Of a stretch of 64,000 bases of DNA, positions 51,722 through 64,000 are shown piece after piece. The stretch is from Hypanus sabinus (lineage: Eukaryota), in assembly GCF_030144855.1 (NCBI RefSeq), contig NC_082725.1, positions 12,152,001 through 12,216,000 on the forward strand, in the 5' to 3' direction. Under the pieces are notes generated by a model. The model was not told the DNA's origin and searched no databases. It worked only from the letters and a program-made list of their open reading frames with translations. Made by a program: the position numbers and the translations under genes. Position 1 is the stretch's first letter. Every line of letters begins with the position of its first letter.

Positions 51722-51975
51722 GTGGCATGTGGCCAAGTGGTTTAGGCATTGGACTAGCGATCTGAAGGTCGTGAGTTCGAGCCCCAGCCGAGGCAGCATA
51801 TTGTGTCCTTGAGCAAGTCGCTTAACCACACACTGCTCCAGTCCACCCAGCTGAAAATGGGTACTGGCAAAATGCTGGGGGTTACCCCCCTATCCGGGGG
51901 GGGGGGGGAGAGGGGAGGAGTCTTGTACTGTCAGTCACCACGGAAACTGGCATAAGCACTGGCCTGATGAGCCTA
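51722..51975 (+). mobile_element. tRNA-derived SINE with CORE-like central domain
   Basis: A-box TGGCCAAGTGG (51730-51740), B-box GAGTTCGAGCC (51773-51783), then GTGTCCTTGAGCAAGTCGCTTAACC. Confidence 0.7.
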
Positions 51976-52169
51976 TAACTTTTAAAACTGGTTCTTACCT
52001 TGAACAAGAATCCATGGTACAAGCTTCCTCAACAAAGCAGGTGGGCAAAGCTCTGAGCTCACTAATGGTAAATTCCATTGAAATGTTTTGAGAACTGTTT
52101 GAGCCTTGCCCCCAGGCTGAACTGCTTGCTAAAGTTGTGAAGGACCCTTCAATCATCACCTCCTGGATA

Positions 52170-52475
52170 ACTTCACTTATCCATGGACTCACTTTCAAGG
52201 AATCTACAACTCATGTTGGCAATATTATTTATCTATCTCTCTAGCTATCTCTTATTTATTTACTTGTTTGCTTGTTTCTTCTAATTATTTGTTTTTCTTG
52301 CCTTTGTACAGTTTGTCTTCTTTTGTACATCGATGGTTTGTCAGCGTTTGTGTGTAGCTTTTCCACAAATTTTATTGTGATTCTTTACTTTCCTGAAAAT
52401 GCCTCTAAGAAAATGAATTTCAGGGTAGTATAGAATGCATTTTGATAAGAAATTTACCTGGAATGTAGAATTTTG
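52170..52475 (+). mobile_element. Rex1/Babar-type 3' UTR
   Basis: GGACTCACTTTCAAGGAATCTACAACTCATG body and tail. Confidence 0.65.
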
Positions 52476-52499
52476 AATGTTTGTGGATGGATTTGATCT

Positions 52500-52755
52500 T
52501 ATTTAGCGAAACAGCATGGAATAGGCCCCTCCTGCCCTTTGAGCCAGGCCACCCAGCAACCCCACAACCCCGATTCACCCTAACCTAATCACAGGAATGA
52601 CATATTAATAGCACATCTTGGAAACGTGGGAGGAGATCAGAGTGCCCAGGGCAAACCCATGCATTCCATGGGATCTGTAAAGACTCATTACAGAACCACG
52701 CCAGAACTGAACCCCAAACTCCAGAAAGCCCTGAGCTGCAACTGCATCATTCTTA
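52500..52755 (-). mobile_element. V-SINE-like element
   Basis: Decayed V-domain and CR1-type tail on minus strand. Confidence 0.55.
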
Positions 52756-53334
52756 CCACTTTGCCAAATATCTCTGGCATTAACATACGTTGAGAAGATT
52801 TTACAGATTGAATATACTGATTTCAAGAATATAAACGTTTAAAACTTGTTCTAGAAAATTAAAGCACTTGAAAAAACTTAGTACAGGTAACAACTCTACA
52901 TGGTATAACAAAGAGGAGTAATCCCTCCTTGTAGAGGAACTACCCTGAAGGAGCGTACGAAGCAAGATATTTGGTATTTCAGTATTCCTGCTTGAAATCA
53001 TAGAGAAGTCAACTGCTTTGTAATGCAGAACCTGTAAAGCTTCTTTAATTTTTGGAGAAGGAAGTATTACCTTCTTTATGGAGTATTCCTCACCCTTCAG
53101 GATAATGGCACACGAAGGCCATTGGATGTGCTTGACCCTGTTGGAATGAGGGAAGAGCAAGTGCAGATGTCTGTGGGAGAACAGACTAAAATAAAACACT
53201 GTCGAAAATGCTGTGTAGCTGCAGAAATCAGTGAGGCAAATCTTCACCCTCTTCAGACTCGGACACTCCTTACTTAAGCCTGGGTCAGAAGGTTCTGGCA
53301 GCAAGCAGCTCCTTAGAAACCTCATTCCACATTT

Positions 53335-53700
53335 GTTCATTTGTTATGTGCCTTGTCATATGACATGGGCGATCATGACCATGACTGTTCTCAGCAAATT
53401 TTTCTACGGAAGTAATTTGCTGTTGCCTTCTTCTGGGCAGTGTCTTTACAGGACAGGTGACCCCAGCCATTATCAATACTCTTCAGAGACTGTCTGCCTG
53501 GTGTCAGTGGTCACATAACCAGGACTTGTGATATGCACCAGCTGCTCATTCGACCATCCACCTCCTGCTCCCATGGCTTCATGTGACCCCGATTGGGGGG
53601 CTAAGCAGGTGCTACACTTTGCCCAATGGTGACCTGCAGCCTTGCGGAGGTAATAAGTGCCTTACAACTTCTTTGGTGGAGACGTATCTCTACCCTGCCA
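53335..53700 (-). mobile_element. RTE-derived retroposon R2, copy 3
   Basis: Homologous to 49345-49735. Confidence 0.7.
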
Positions 53701-54314
53701 CCTTAGTCCACATTACCATGGTCTAATCGTGACATTGTGTGAAAATATAAACCAAAAAAATTGGCAGCTTGCTTCACACTTATCTATATTTTTTTATTCC
53801 CATTAGCTGTAGCTTTTTTTTTCCATCTTTGTGTGTGTAGTTTTTCCAATAGGTTTCAATAGATACATTTAATATCAGGGAAATGATACATCCTGAAATT
53901 CTTTTTCTTCGCAAACATCCACGAAAACAGAGGGGTGTCCCAAAGAATGAATGACTGTTAGATGTTAGAACCCCAAAGGCCTCCCTTCTCCTCCATCCTA
54001 CGCATAAGCAGCAGCAAAGCAAAGACTCCCCCTCTCCCAACAGCAAAAAAGCATCGGCAACCCCCCCCCCCCACCCAGCACTCGAGCATGCAGCAAAGAC
54101 ACAGACTTGCAGTACCCCAAAGACTACTTGTTTACCTGGTAATTTAACATACCACAGACTTCCTGTCTCCGTAATGTGTTTCTTTGTATCTACAATGAAT
54201 GCCTGCAAGAAAATTAATTTCAAGGTAGCATCTGGTGACATATACATATTTTGATAATAAATGTACTTTGAACTTTGATTCCCTGTTTCAAACTATCATC
54301 CCAACTCATAATTA

Positions 54315-54546
54315 CCATTCTGTAAGGATTTTGTACATTCTCCCTGTGGCTTTCCTCCGGTTTCCTCCCACAGTCCAAAGGTTAGGGTTAGAAAGTTGTG
54401 GGTGTGCAGTGTTGGCACCTGAAGAATGGTGATACTTGCAGGCTGCCTCCCAGCATCTCTCAGATCATTTTGGTCAATGGCATAAACAGCACATTTCACT
54501 GCACGCTTTGATGTACATGTGACAAACAAAGTTTATCTTTATCTTT
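54315..54546 (+). mobile_element. V-SINE with non-CR1 tail
   Basis: TTTCCTCCGGTTTCCTCCCACAGTCCAAAG; tail TGTACATGTGACAAACAAAG as at 1154-1437. Confidence 0.7.
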
Positions 54547-54607
54547 AGGTAGAGAATGAAATATTAACAATAAGTAGCATTAATGCATAAATTAACTGGG
54601 TAGAGGA

Positions 54608-54710
54608 TCCTGAAGAAGTTTCTCGGCCTGAAATGTCAACCGTTTACTCATTTCCATTGATGTCACCCCTCCTGCTGAGTTTCTCCAACTTTTTGTCTGC
54701 GTTGCTCTGG
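54608..54710 (+). mobile_element. Short Penelope terminal fragment with decayed hammerhead
   Basis: CTGAAGAAGTTTCTCGGCCTGAAATGTCAAC. Confidence 0.6.
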
Positions 54711-54749
54711 GAATGCCAGGATTTGGAGCCAAGAAAATTGAGAGAGCAG

Positions 54750-55195
54750 AATGCTTTAGAGAAGGTTCAGAGGAGATTTACCAGGATGTTGTCTAGATTA
54801 GAGAACATGCCATCCGAGGATAGGTTGAGAAAGCTAGGGATCTATCTCTGGAGCAAAGGAGAATGAGAGGCAACTTGATAAAGATAGAATGGCAGCCTGC
54901 ACCATTTTCCCAGAGCGCCAATGGCCAATACCAGTGGGTATCCTTTTAAGGTGAATGGAGGGAAGTTTAGTGAATGTGAGGTAGATTTTTTTTAATACAC
55001 AGGGAGTGCTAAGTGGCTGGAACTCACTGCAAGGGGTTGGTGGTAGAGTCATATATATTAGAGACATTTAATCAACAGTTAGGCACCTGGATGAAAGGGA
55101 AATGGAGGGTTATGGGCCATGGAGTACGTTGAAATGTTGCACAATACCATGGACCAAAGGGCCCATACTGTGCTATACTGTTCTATATTCTATGT
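54750..55195 (+). mobile_element. CR1 3' fragment
   Basis: Encodes ALEKVQRRFTRMLSRLE; (TTCTAT)n tail. Confidence 0.8.
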
Positions 55196-55534
55196 GATAA
55201 TGATGTTGGCTCAGATGGTGTAATGACTTCACTATCGGTTTGAGGCATTAGGATGGTGTAGAGCATGATGGGAGACATAAAATGGCTCAATGGTCCATTT
55301 CATATCAGAGAACGTATACTGCATATAACCTAAAATTCCTACTCTTCAGACATCCATGAAATGGAAGAATGAATCCCAAAGGATGAATGACAGAAAGACG
55401 TAGAACCCTAAAGCCTCCCATGCACAAGCAGCAGTAAAGCATTAACCCTCCCCCCCACTTATTGCAGCAGAAAGCATTTGTCTCCCCATCACCCACCATG
55501 CTACAAATGCTAACTTTATCCTTCTGACTTAAAT

Positions 55535-55755
55535 ATTTATTTATTCAATTTTATTTATTTAAAGTTACAGCAGGGTAACAGACCCTCCTGAGCCGGCACC
55601 CATGTGACCAATTTACCTACAAATCTGTGCGTTTTTGGAATGTAAGAGGAAACCGAAACTCCCAGAGGAAACCCACGCGGCGGACCTATGAACTCCTTAC
55701 AGGCAGTGGCAGAATTGCACCGGGTTGCTGGTGTTGTAATAGTGTTACACCAGCC
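55535..55755 (-). mobile_element. V-SINE-like element
   Basis: V-domain remnant and (TTTA)n tail. Confidence 0.6.
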
Positions 55756-56011
55756 ACTACAAACACGTTTCATGATTCGTTGCAATAAGTATCACGGTTT
55801 TATGACAAGTTTCACTCTTTTCTGCTGCAGAATGAGAATACTTCTGCCTAGATTTTCCTCAGTTACGTTAGTGACAAGCACTTGTTAAGTCACCGTGGGT
55901 GGGTGTGGTCTGGCACCTCTGTAGTCAAGCTAGATTCAGCAGCTACATTCTTTTCACAATCCACTTCGAACACATGGTGTCTTCGAGCTTTTCTGAATCC
56001 AAAGTACTCAC

Positions 56012-56183
56012 GTGCCTGGCCTGCAGAGCACAGACCACCACTGAAGTCGGTGCCAGAGACTGAGCGGTTTTGGATCAAGTACGTGGAATGCCGCCTGACT
56101 TCACATCCTTCAAACTTTAGCAGTGGACAGCTGTCAGTAAACTGAGACTCTAACGCCCTCAGTCTGAACATCGGTCCGGCTCT
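56012..56183 (-). other. Unconfirmed candidate exon (172 nt, one open frame)
   Basis: Non-repetitive; pyrimidine tract then AG (weak); CAC|GTGAGT donor; frame RAGPMFRLRALESQFTDSCPLLKFEGCEVRRHSTYLIQNRSVSG; protein not recognised. Confidence 0.2.
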
Positions 56184-56824
56184 CTTTTCAAGAAGGAACA
56201 GCAAAGCACCACATTCTCTTTTCATTTCAAAGAATTTACATTATATTTACTCTTTTCCTTGGCTAGTCATTCTGCAGTTCAGAATCACTCTGTAGGTCTT
56301 AAGCATATTCATGTCATAATCATGTAGCACTTGGTTACAGTCATCAACGTAAATATCTCTGGCATATACTGTCATATAATCAGTCTTCCACTCCCACGCT
56401 TCAAGAAGTTCAGAATGCAAAGTGAAAACTCCTTAAATGATATTTGAACACAAGTCATTTCTACTTTCTTGTCTAATTCTTGATAGCTGATGCATAACAA
56501 CTCCTACAGAAAGCACATTAACAATAAAAAAAACACAGGCCATTCCAAGATTTATGATATCAATCAATCTGCTATCCTCTGCAAAAAAAGACATCATTTC
56601 TGGCTACTGCAGGGTCCAGGTTTTCATTTCTATTGAAGTAAAGGATATAACAATCAGCTGATCCTTTCCCTCCCACAACCTCTGAACACTAGAGCCCAAG
56701 ATGAGAATGTTGTTGCACATTCTGATGAGTTAATAACTACTTATTCAGCTCATGTTTAATCAGAGCCTCTGCCACCAGTCTCAATATGCAGGCACCGTAA
56801 AAGGAGTAGAGGTTTGCCGAGATT

Positions 56825-57200
56825 TGGAGTCTGTTCCGCCATTCCAAAATGGCTGGTTTATTATCCCTCTCAACCCCATTCTCCCTGTAACCTTTGATGC
56901 CCTTTCTAATCAGGAATCCATCAGACTCTGCTTTAAATATACCCGATGACTTGGCCTCCACAGCCTTCTGTAGCAATAAATTCAGCAGATTCACCATCCT
57001 CTGGTTGAAGAAATTCTTCCTCCTCTGGAGGGATGTCCTTCCGTTCTGAAGGATATCCTTTCAAGACTTCCCCCACTATAGGAAATATCTTCTCCATGTT
57101 CACTCTTTCTTGGCTTTTCAATTTTCTGTAGGCTCCAATGAGATACCCCCTTCATTCTTCCAAACTCCAATGAGTATAGGCTCAGAGCCATCAAACACTT
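56825..57200 (-). mobile_element. CR1 3' fragment
   Basis: Homologous to 23900-24430. Confidence 0.75.
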
Positions 57201-57554
57201 TATAAGAGAAACATATTGAATTGATGATACAATAAATGTGGGGAAAGACAATGGATTGAATATATTTCCTGTAAATATTATTATGAATCAAACATACTTT
57301 TGAAATACAAATACAGTTGCTGGCTTCACAAGAATGGAGTTCCTTTCCAAGAAATCCCTGACAGCCATAAAGACTGAACTTAAGTATTTCCTAACATTCC
57401 CACGAGACATTCCTGGATCTGTTGCTTCAACAAAGTGTGAGTATGCTAAGTATGTGAAGCATGCTAAGCACCAATTAAGGTAGATGTGTTTACGAGATTA
57501 CAAGATATCAGCCCCTCTTATCACCAATTCCTCCCCACATTCCCATTCAAGGAA

Positions 57555-57895
57555 TTCAAAGTTCAAAGTAAATTTATTATCCAAGTACATATATGTCACC
57601 ATATACAGCCTTGAGATTTGTTTTCTTGCTGGCATTTGCAGCAAAATAAAGAAATACAATAGAATTTATGAAAAACTAGAAAGACCAAGGACTGACAGTC
57701 AATGTGAAAAAGATGACAAATCGTGCAAAGAATAAAAGAAAGTAAATAAATAATACTGAGTAGTAGAGTCCTTGAAAGTGAGTCTGTCATTGTGGAGTCA
57801 GTTCAGCATTAACACGTGTGAAGTTATTCATGCTGGCTCGGGAGCCTAGGGAAGTAACTGCTCCTGAACCTGGTGGTGTAGGACCTAAGGTCCTA
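57555..57895 (-). mobile_element. Rex1/Babar-type 3' UTR
   Basis: TTCAAAGTTCAAAGTAAATTTATTATC tail. Confidence 0.75.
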
Positions 57896-58046
57896 AGTAG
57901 TTCACAGACCAGGCAAGTCTCTGGACTGCATTCTGAGTGTAAGCAGTGTGTTTATCTACTGGCATATGCTACAGGTAGTCTGCATATGATATCGTCTGCT
58001 TGGGCAGCTGTGCCTACAGCAGGGAAGGTTACCAGGACACTCAGTG

Positions 58047-58412
58047 TGTTACCGGGACGTGGCAAGAAGGACGAACCCAAGTGCAGGACTCTGACACGGA
58101 GGCAGGATCAGGAGGCTGAAGCTTCGTAGCAAGTGCAGAATCGAGACCAGGCTGAGACAGGACTAGGGAGGCTTGATTCACGAAGAGATGCGGGGTTGGA
58201 GACTTGGAGCAAGGTTCCTCTCTTTCTGAGAGTCGACCAACAATCCAGCAAGGGCTGACCGAAGCTGTCGGGGTCTTATCCTCCAGTGGCTAATGGAAAC
58301 CAGGTGCCAGCGATTGAGAGAAATTGGGATAGATTGGGAATCGAGTGTGAGGATCAAGGACCAATTAGGGAGGAAAAGGAAAAGGTGGGAAATGCCAGCC
58401 AGGACCATGACA
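58047..58412 (-). mobile_element. Solo LTR (Gypsy-like), 366 bp
   Basis: TGTTAC...ATGACA termini, GC-rich; flanks CAGTG / CAACG match only imperfectly. Confidence 0.65.
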
Positions 58413-59498
58413 CAACGTTTATATCACAGACTCTAAGCAACCGGCCACCAGAACTCCATGTTATGTTACCCAGGTTCCATCAGGGTCTTCACATCTGTCA
58501 GCTCACTGATACTACACTTAAGGGAAATGGAGTACTTGTTAAATTGGGTGCTGAAATGAGGCAGCTGGATGACTGAGACATCTGGTTCTATCAAGTTGCT
58601 GGGTCCTGCTCTCTCTCGTCCCTTGAGAATAATAGGTGGCTGAGTGGTGTCAAAGATTTAAAGATTTAAGATTCGTGATTATTTATCACATGTGCATCAA
58701 AACAAACAATGAAATGTGTCATTTGCATTAGGAACCAACACACCCAAGGGTGCACTGGGGGCAGCCCACTACACATTCAGGAGCCAACACAGCATGCCCA
58801 TGATGCACAGCAGAACACAGCAAGCAACAAGCAACAGCAACAATAAGCCCCATTCCTTCCTCCCACTCACGAACGAACACAGTCCTATAATCACAGGACT
58901 CCAGCCTCCAGCAGGCACAAACTCAGACCTGCAGACACTGGGCTTTGATCTCCCCCGTGGACTGGCAGAGATTCACGGACCTGGGCCCGGCCAACGGGCC
59001 TTGACTTCCAGATTCTGATTCATCGTCAGGCCTTGATCCTCAGCATCAATCCCACAATACACCAGGAGTCAAAATCCAGATTCGCTGATTCTGGAAACCT
59101 ATATGGTCATTGACTATATTGTTCCTCGACCACACAAAACTCTGTCTAAGGAAACCCCTGACCTTGGGTGGGGGGGGGGGCCCATCCACTTTCTGCTGGT
59201 CTGACATCAGAGATCTGACCATATATATCCCACATCCGTGTAGCTGGTCTTCAAACACAGGGCGGAGACAAAGACTCTGGCCTGACCTCCAATTCCCCCA
59301 AATCCATGTTCCTAAACCTTAACCTGACCCCTCTCTGTTGCAAAAGCTATCCTTGTATATCTAAAAACGATTAAAAATCCAACAGTTCAACAATGTAAAA
59401 GCAAATACATCTGAGCTGCGACTCAATCGAAATTGTAGCTCGGTGCCATCTTGGTTTTGGCCAAGAGTAATGACAGTCTGTAAGCTACATGAATGGTA

Positions 59499-60365
59499 TC
59501 AGAATCAGAATCAAGTTTAAATGACTAAACTTGTTGTTTTGCAGCAGCAGTGCAGTGCAACACAAAAAAAACTAACTATAGAGAAATATCATTGCAGACA
59601 TTACCCACGTGGCAAACCGGCACTTCCAAAAACCCCCTCCTGGAAAGAACGATAGGGCTATTAAAACAAAACCTTCACACCATCTTAAACGTTTCTTCCC
59701 CCAGGCAGTTAATCTGATCACCTAATATCCCTGACATTGCAATGCACTGAAAATATACATTCAAAGTTCAAAATAAATTTATTATCAAAGTGCATATATG
59801 TCACCACGTACAACCTTGAGATTCATTTTCTCGCAGGCATACTTAGTAAACCCACAGAATACTAACTTTGACAGAACCAATGAAAGATCGCGTCAACTTG
59901 GGCATCCAACCAGTGCGGAAAAGTCAACAAACTGCAAACACCAAAACAAAGAAACAACAAAAAATAAATAAGCAATAAATATTGAGAACATGAGATGGAG
60001 AGTCCTTCGAAGTAAGTCCATAGGTTGTGGGAACATTTCAATGATGGGGCAAGTGAAGTTGTATGAAGTTACCCCCTTTGGTTCAGGAGCCTGATGGTTG
60101 AAGGGTAATAACTGTTCCAGTACCTGGTGGTGTAAATCCTGAGGCTCCTGTATTCCTGATGGCAGCATTGAGAAGAGACCACGTCCACATTAACCCAACT
60201 TTTACAATGTAGTTTAAATTGTAAATGTACACTCATCACACCAACACACCACAGCAAATTCCCAATACATGTAAATGTATACGGTGAATAAAGTTGATCC
60301 TTGATACAAAATATATATAGAAAATAACTAAACAGTGCAAAAAAGAGATTAAAATAGTGAGATAA
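59499..60365. mobile_element. Triple nest of Rex1/Babar-type LINE tails (three tail types, alternating orientation)
   Basis: (TCAGAA)n tail (-) contains a plus-strand fragment ending AATAAAGTTGATCCTTGA, itself split by a minus-strand fragment at 59761-60180. Confidence 0.6.
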
Positions 60366-60443
60366 TTTAGAATGATATGCTGAAGTTTTAATTAAGAGGA
60401 TTACTTGGGGATGTTAAAGCAATGGAACTGCAGACTACATATA

Positions 60444-61405
60444 CATTTACTGGTCACTTTATGACAGATATATCAAACTCAAGGCCCGCGGGCCAAATCC
60501 GGCCCGTGGTGGAATTATCTTTGGCCCGCGAAATAATATCTAATTACTATTAAAGCTGGCCCCAGTAATCGAAGCGCCTATGGCGTATGATATGGCTAAT
60601 GCTGAGTTTATTCAGGTACCAGGTTTTCAGGGTTTTTAGAGTTTATTCAGCAGTCTTGCTCGGCAGTCTTCTTCATAAGAAACGGAATTTGTAAAGCGAA
60701 ACATTTTGTAGTTATAGCAGAGACTGAGACACATGAGAGCAGGCTGAAAAAACGGAGGCAATGAAAGCTGTGTTTGCACGCGTCCGACTGATCCGGCCCG
60801 CATGAAGCTGCATTTTGCTCAATCCGGCCTGTGACCTAAAATGAGTTTGACACCCCTGCTTTATGAGGTACACCTGCACACCTGCTCATTAATGTAAATA
60901 TCTAATCAGCCAATCATGTGTCAGCAACTCAATACAAGGAAGCATACAGACATGGTCAAGAGGTTCAGTTGTTGTTCAGACCAAACATCAGAATGGGGAA
61001 GAAATTTGATCTGAATGACATTGAGCATGGAATGATTGTTGGTGCTAGAGATGATGGCTTCTCAGAAACTGCTGGTCTCCTGGAATTTTCACGCACAAGA
61101 CTCCAGACTTTACAGAGAATGGTGTGAGAAACAAAAAAATCCAGTGAGCAGCAGTTCTGTGGACAAAAATGCCTCGTTAATGAGAGAGGTCAGAAGAGAA
61201 TGGCCAGACTGGTTCAAGCTGACAAGAAAGCAACAGTAACTTAAATAACCATGCGTTACAATATGGTGTGCAGAAGAGTATCTCTGAATGCACAACACGT
61301 CGAACGTTGAAGCAGATGGGCTACAGCAGCAGAAGACCTGGAACATACACGTAGTGACCACTGTAGTAGGTACAAGGAGGTACCTAATAAAGTGGCCACT
61401 GAATG
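60444..61405 (+). mobile_element. Tc1 deletion derivative, family B, copy 4 (left TIR split by a hAT MITE)
   Basis: Encodes MGKKFDLNDIEHGMIVGARDDGFSETAGLLEFSRT; right end GTACCTAATAAAGTGGCCACTGAATG. Confidence 0.85.
60465..60858. mobile_element. hAT (Charlie/Buster-type) MITE, 394 bp
   Basis: Exact 8-bp TSD CTTTATGA (60457-60464 and 60859-60866) with central TA; TIRs CAGATATATCAAACTC / GAGTTTGACACCCCTG; subterminal GGCCCG repeats. Confidence 0.9.
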
Positions 61406-62739
61406 GATCCGCAAAGTACAAAATATTTCCATGCAATTACTTGGAATAGTGATGGCCAGCTCTGGTTCGGAGTATTGATTTGGACATGGAATTTCTGGAA
61501 GTGTGATGCCCGGCCCTCCACCATTCTGGAAATAAAAAAGATCATTGAGTATACTGGCATTTGAAGTGTTTGCCACAACAAAATGCCATATGCATTTGTT
61601 ATGCAGAGGAAATGGACCTTCAGCTCTCAATACTGTGCTGGACCCATAAAACTAATAATGAAAACCCGAACTAAACTAGTCCCTTATGCCTGCACGTCCA
61701 GCTCCCTACATTCCCTGCACATTCACATGCCGATTTAAGTGCCCTCCATGACTGGTATTAAGGAAACTGAATACTAACTAGGCCACATATCCAGGGTCAG
61801 AAATGGTTACTTCATCTTGGGTTCTGGCCTGAAGGATGCTGACCTGGTGTATCCACGCCCAAAATCCAAATTCTTCACTGCACTTCCAGCGGACTCCCAC
61901 CAGCACTGGGAAGTGGGCAGACATCATCAATCTCATAGTGTATATCTCACGGATGGGCTGGCCTGCCTTCTAATGAAGGAACCAAGTCACAAATGAATTA
62001 TGGCTGGCTTAGGAGCAGTATATCAATCACGTCCCTGGTGCGTCCTCAACCATTCTATTTATGTCACATATTTAAGTAAATGGCTATAATGTTTAAACAA
62101 AAACCGTAGTTTGATTGAACTGTTAATTTAAACTGCGAACTATATTGCTGCATGGATTGTGCATTGACTTTAACGCCATCTCAGTAGCTATGATGTGGCG
62201 TTCAGGAAAGATTATGTTTTGCGTAGATTACACTGCTGTGGTTCATACAATGAGTGCACGCCATAAAGCAATTAAAAACTAATAAGAATTTAATTTGTTA
62301 AGAGAATGAAAAATCTATCAGTTAAAAAGACGAGGCTAAGAATTACACAATTACATCTGATTAATAAGTCCTTATTTAGTCTCAAGATACATGGTGTATC
62401 CATTTAGACTGGGTTCTGCTGATCCAAACTTGACTTGTTATTAATGGAGGATTGCTTATAACTCAACATGTTTGGCTCACATCTTCCTGTTCTCAATGAA
62501 TTTAAACTCCATCACCTCCAAGAAAAACGTAGACTGTGCATAAACTTCATACATTTATCTCCTAATGAATTAATCTAATTGTAACCCGAAATGCACCTTG
62601 TCAGCTTTTCAACCAAACATCCCATAACTTTTGTCACACACTCTAACTATGCTCTATCCTCATAATTAAATTCAAGAGTGAGATTAGGTCTATCTGTCAC
62701 ATGGAGCAAGGGTTGGGCCTGTTCTACCTGCTGCTCCCT

Positions 62740-63010
62740 GATGTTTGTTTCGCTCTCCGCTTTACTGAGGCTGAGGCTGTGGGCCTGCTCCAGGCTTTGC
62801 GATAATAGATCACTTTCGTTCTGAGTGCTGTTGCTTACTTTTATTGTTTGCACAGTTTTGTGTTTTTTTCTCTCTTTCTGCAGGGGTTTGTTGGTCTTCT
62901 TTTAATGGGTTCTTCTGGGTTTCTTGTTTTGTGGCTACCTGTAAGAAGACAAATCTGAAGGTTGTATAAAGTTTACATAGCTTGATAGTAAATGTTCTTT
63001 GAACTTTGAA
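62740..63010 (+). repeat. LINE 3' UTR-like repeat (related copies 32300-32505 +, 25150-25440 -)
   Basis: Shared GGGTTTCTTGTTTTGTGGCT...TTTGAACTTTGA. Confidence 0.55.
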
Positions 63011-63019
63011 ATGCTTCAA

Positions 63020-63160
63020 GGTCTGTGTTGGGGATAGCCTACAAGTGTCGCCATGCTTCTGGCGCCAATATAGCACACCCACAATTTATTGACTGTTCCA
63101 TATTTGGAACGTAAGAGGAAACTGGAGAACCTGGAAGAAACACAGGGACAATGTACAAAC
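63020..63160 (-). mobile_element. V-SINE fragment
   Basis: Related to 54315-54460 in reverse orientation. Confidence 0.55.
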
Positions 63161-63434
63161 TGGAGTGAACTATATGTACGTCTGATGTGCTACTATTGGT
63201 GGAGCTTCATAATGAAATGTAACATGCATATCTCATGACAGCTACTCAATTTTTCAGCTAAAATGGTTGACTCACCATGAATGGAAATTTAGTAAGAGCA
63301 TTCTCCTTCCAACTTCATAATCTTCACAAGCTTCTTCAGTCTCTGCTTTCACTAGGGCAACCAGATAATTTGTCCTCCTGTTAATAAATAAAATTTAAAC
63401 ATTATAATTAAGAAGCTTATTTATTCTTTCTGCT

Positions 63435-63935
63435 CAGCGGGGTTTATAGGCTGCCAGAGAGGGTTAGAACCTCTGGTGAAGGGGCTTGTAGTGTCCATTC
63501 CAGGGCAGTTCACTCACCTTTGGACTCCACTGGTCACACAGCTCTCACCGGTGACTTCAAGTAGATGTTTCCATGTGAAAGCAACCACCTCCTGATACGT
63601 CACTTTGACAGGCAGACTAAACCAGGTGAGGGTAGCTAGGGGGCCTCATATCCTGTTGATGTAGGGACGTGCCCCCATCCTTGCGTAAGAAGTCAGCGCC
63701 GGCAGATTGGGCAGATGAGATCTACAGTGAGATCCAACAGCCAGGAAGGTGGTACTGCAACAATTTGTGGAAAGCTAAGGGCATGAGGTCATCCACTACA
63801 GCCAAGGGAGACTTGTTCATGCCCTGGACCCAGACTTCTAAGATCAAGAGTGTGAATCTGCCCTAATGCAATGGCTTTTCCACTTTAAAAACTCTCTGGC
63901 ACAGGTTTCCCGTCATTATTTGATATGGTGGACTG
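63435..63935 (+). mobile_element. Probable RTE-derived element
   Basis: TGGTGAAGGGGCTTG 5' UTR-like start and RTE-like 3' end; no second copy here to confirm. Confidence 0.4.
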
Positions 63936-64000
63936 GGAATTATCTACTTTTATTGTACTGTTCATTACATCACTGGTGTTTAGGGCAGCAATGAAGATCC

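Noticed and set aside
51722-51790. Functional tRNA gene
   Set aside because: No clean acceptor stem, and it runs directly into a SINE body.
51943-51972. GAAAC...CTGATGAG as a type II hammerhead
   Set aside because: Only 17 nt between the core halves, which cannot form helices III and I with an NUH site.
1-64000. Prokaryotic defence system, operon or CRISPR array
   Set aside because: No gene-dense ORFs and no regularly spaced repeat-spacer array; the content is vertebrate interspersed repeats.

Overview
Eukaryotic, vertebrate non-coding DNA. The repeat set points to a cartilaginous fish, probably a ray: CR1, Rex1/Babar, Penelope-like elements, HE1/V-SINE-like SINEs, RTE derivatives, Tc1 and hAT MITEs, and Gypsy LTRs. 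This assignment is inference from memory, not a database result. I could not identify any host protein-coding gene. The ORFs I can assign are decayed transposon ORFs, so the window looks like a large intron or intergenic region. The most notable structures are: (1) seven minimal hammerhead-ribozyme motifs at Penelope-like element termini, three or four with intact catalytic cores; (2) two unrelated Tc1-type families whose ends are built from tiny TIR-spacer-TIR hairpins, one carrying a captured LINE tail; (3) a Penelope/Tx1/hAT three-way composite present twice with the same junction; (4) a non-autonomous chromovirus-type LTR element containing a second, foreign PPT+LTR; (5) three independent insertions into the same ~20-bp palindrome-containing LINE-tail motif; (6) several repeat-free islands that may be conserved non-coding elements or exons. 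Boundaries without a stated TSD or TIR are approximate. There is no prokaryotic system or CRISPR array.
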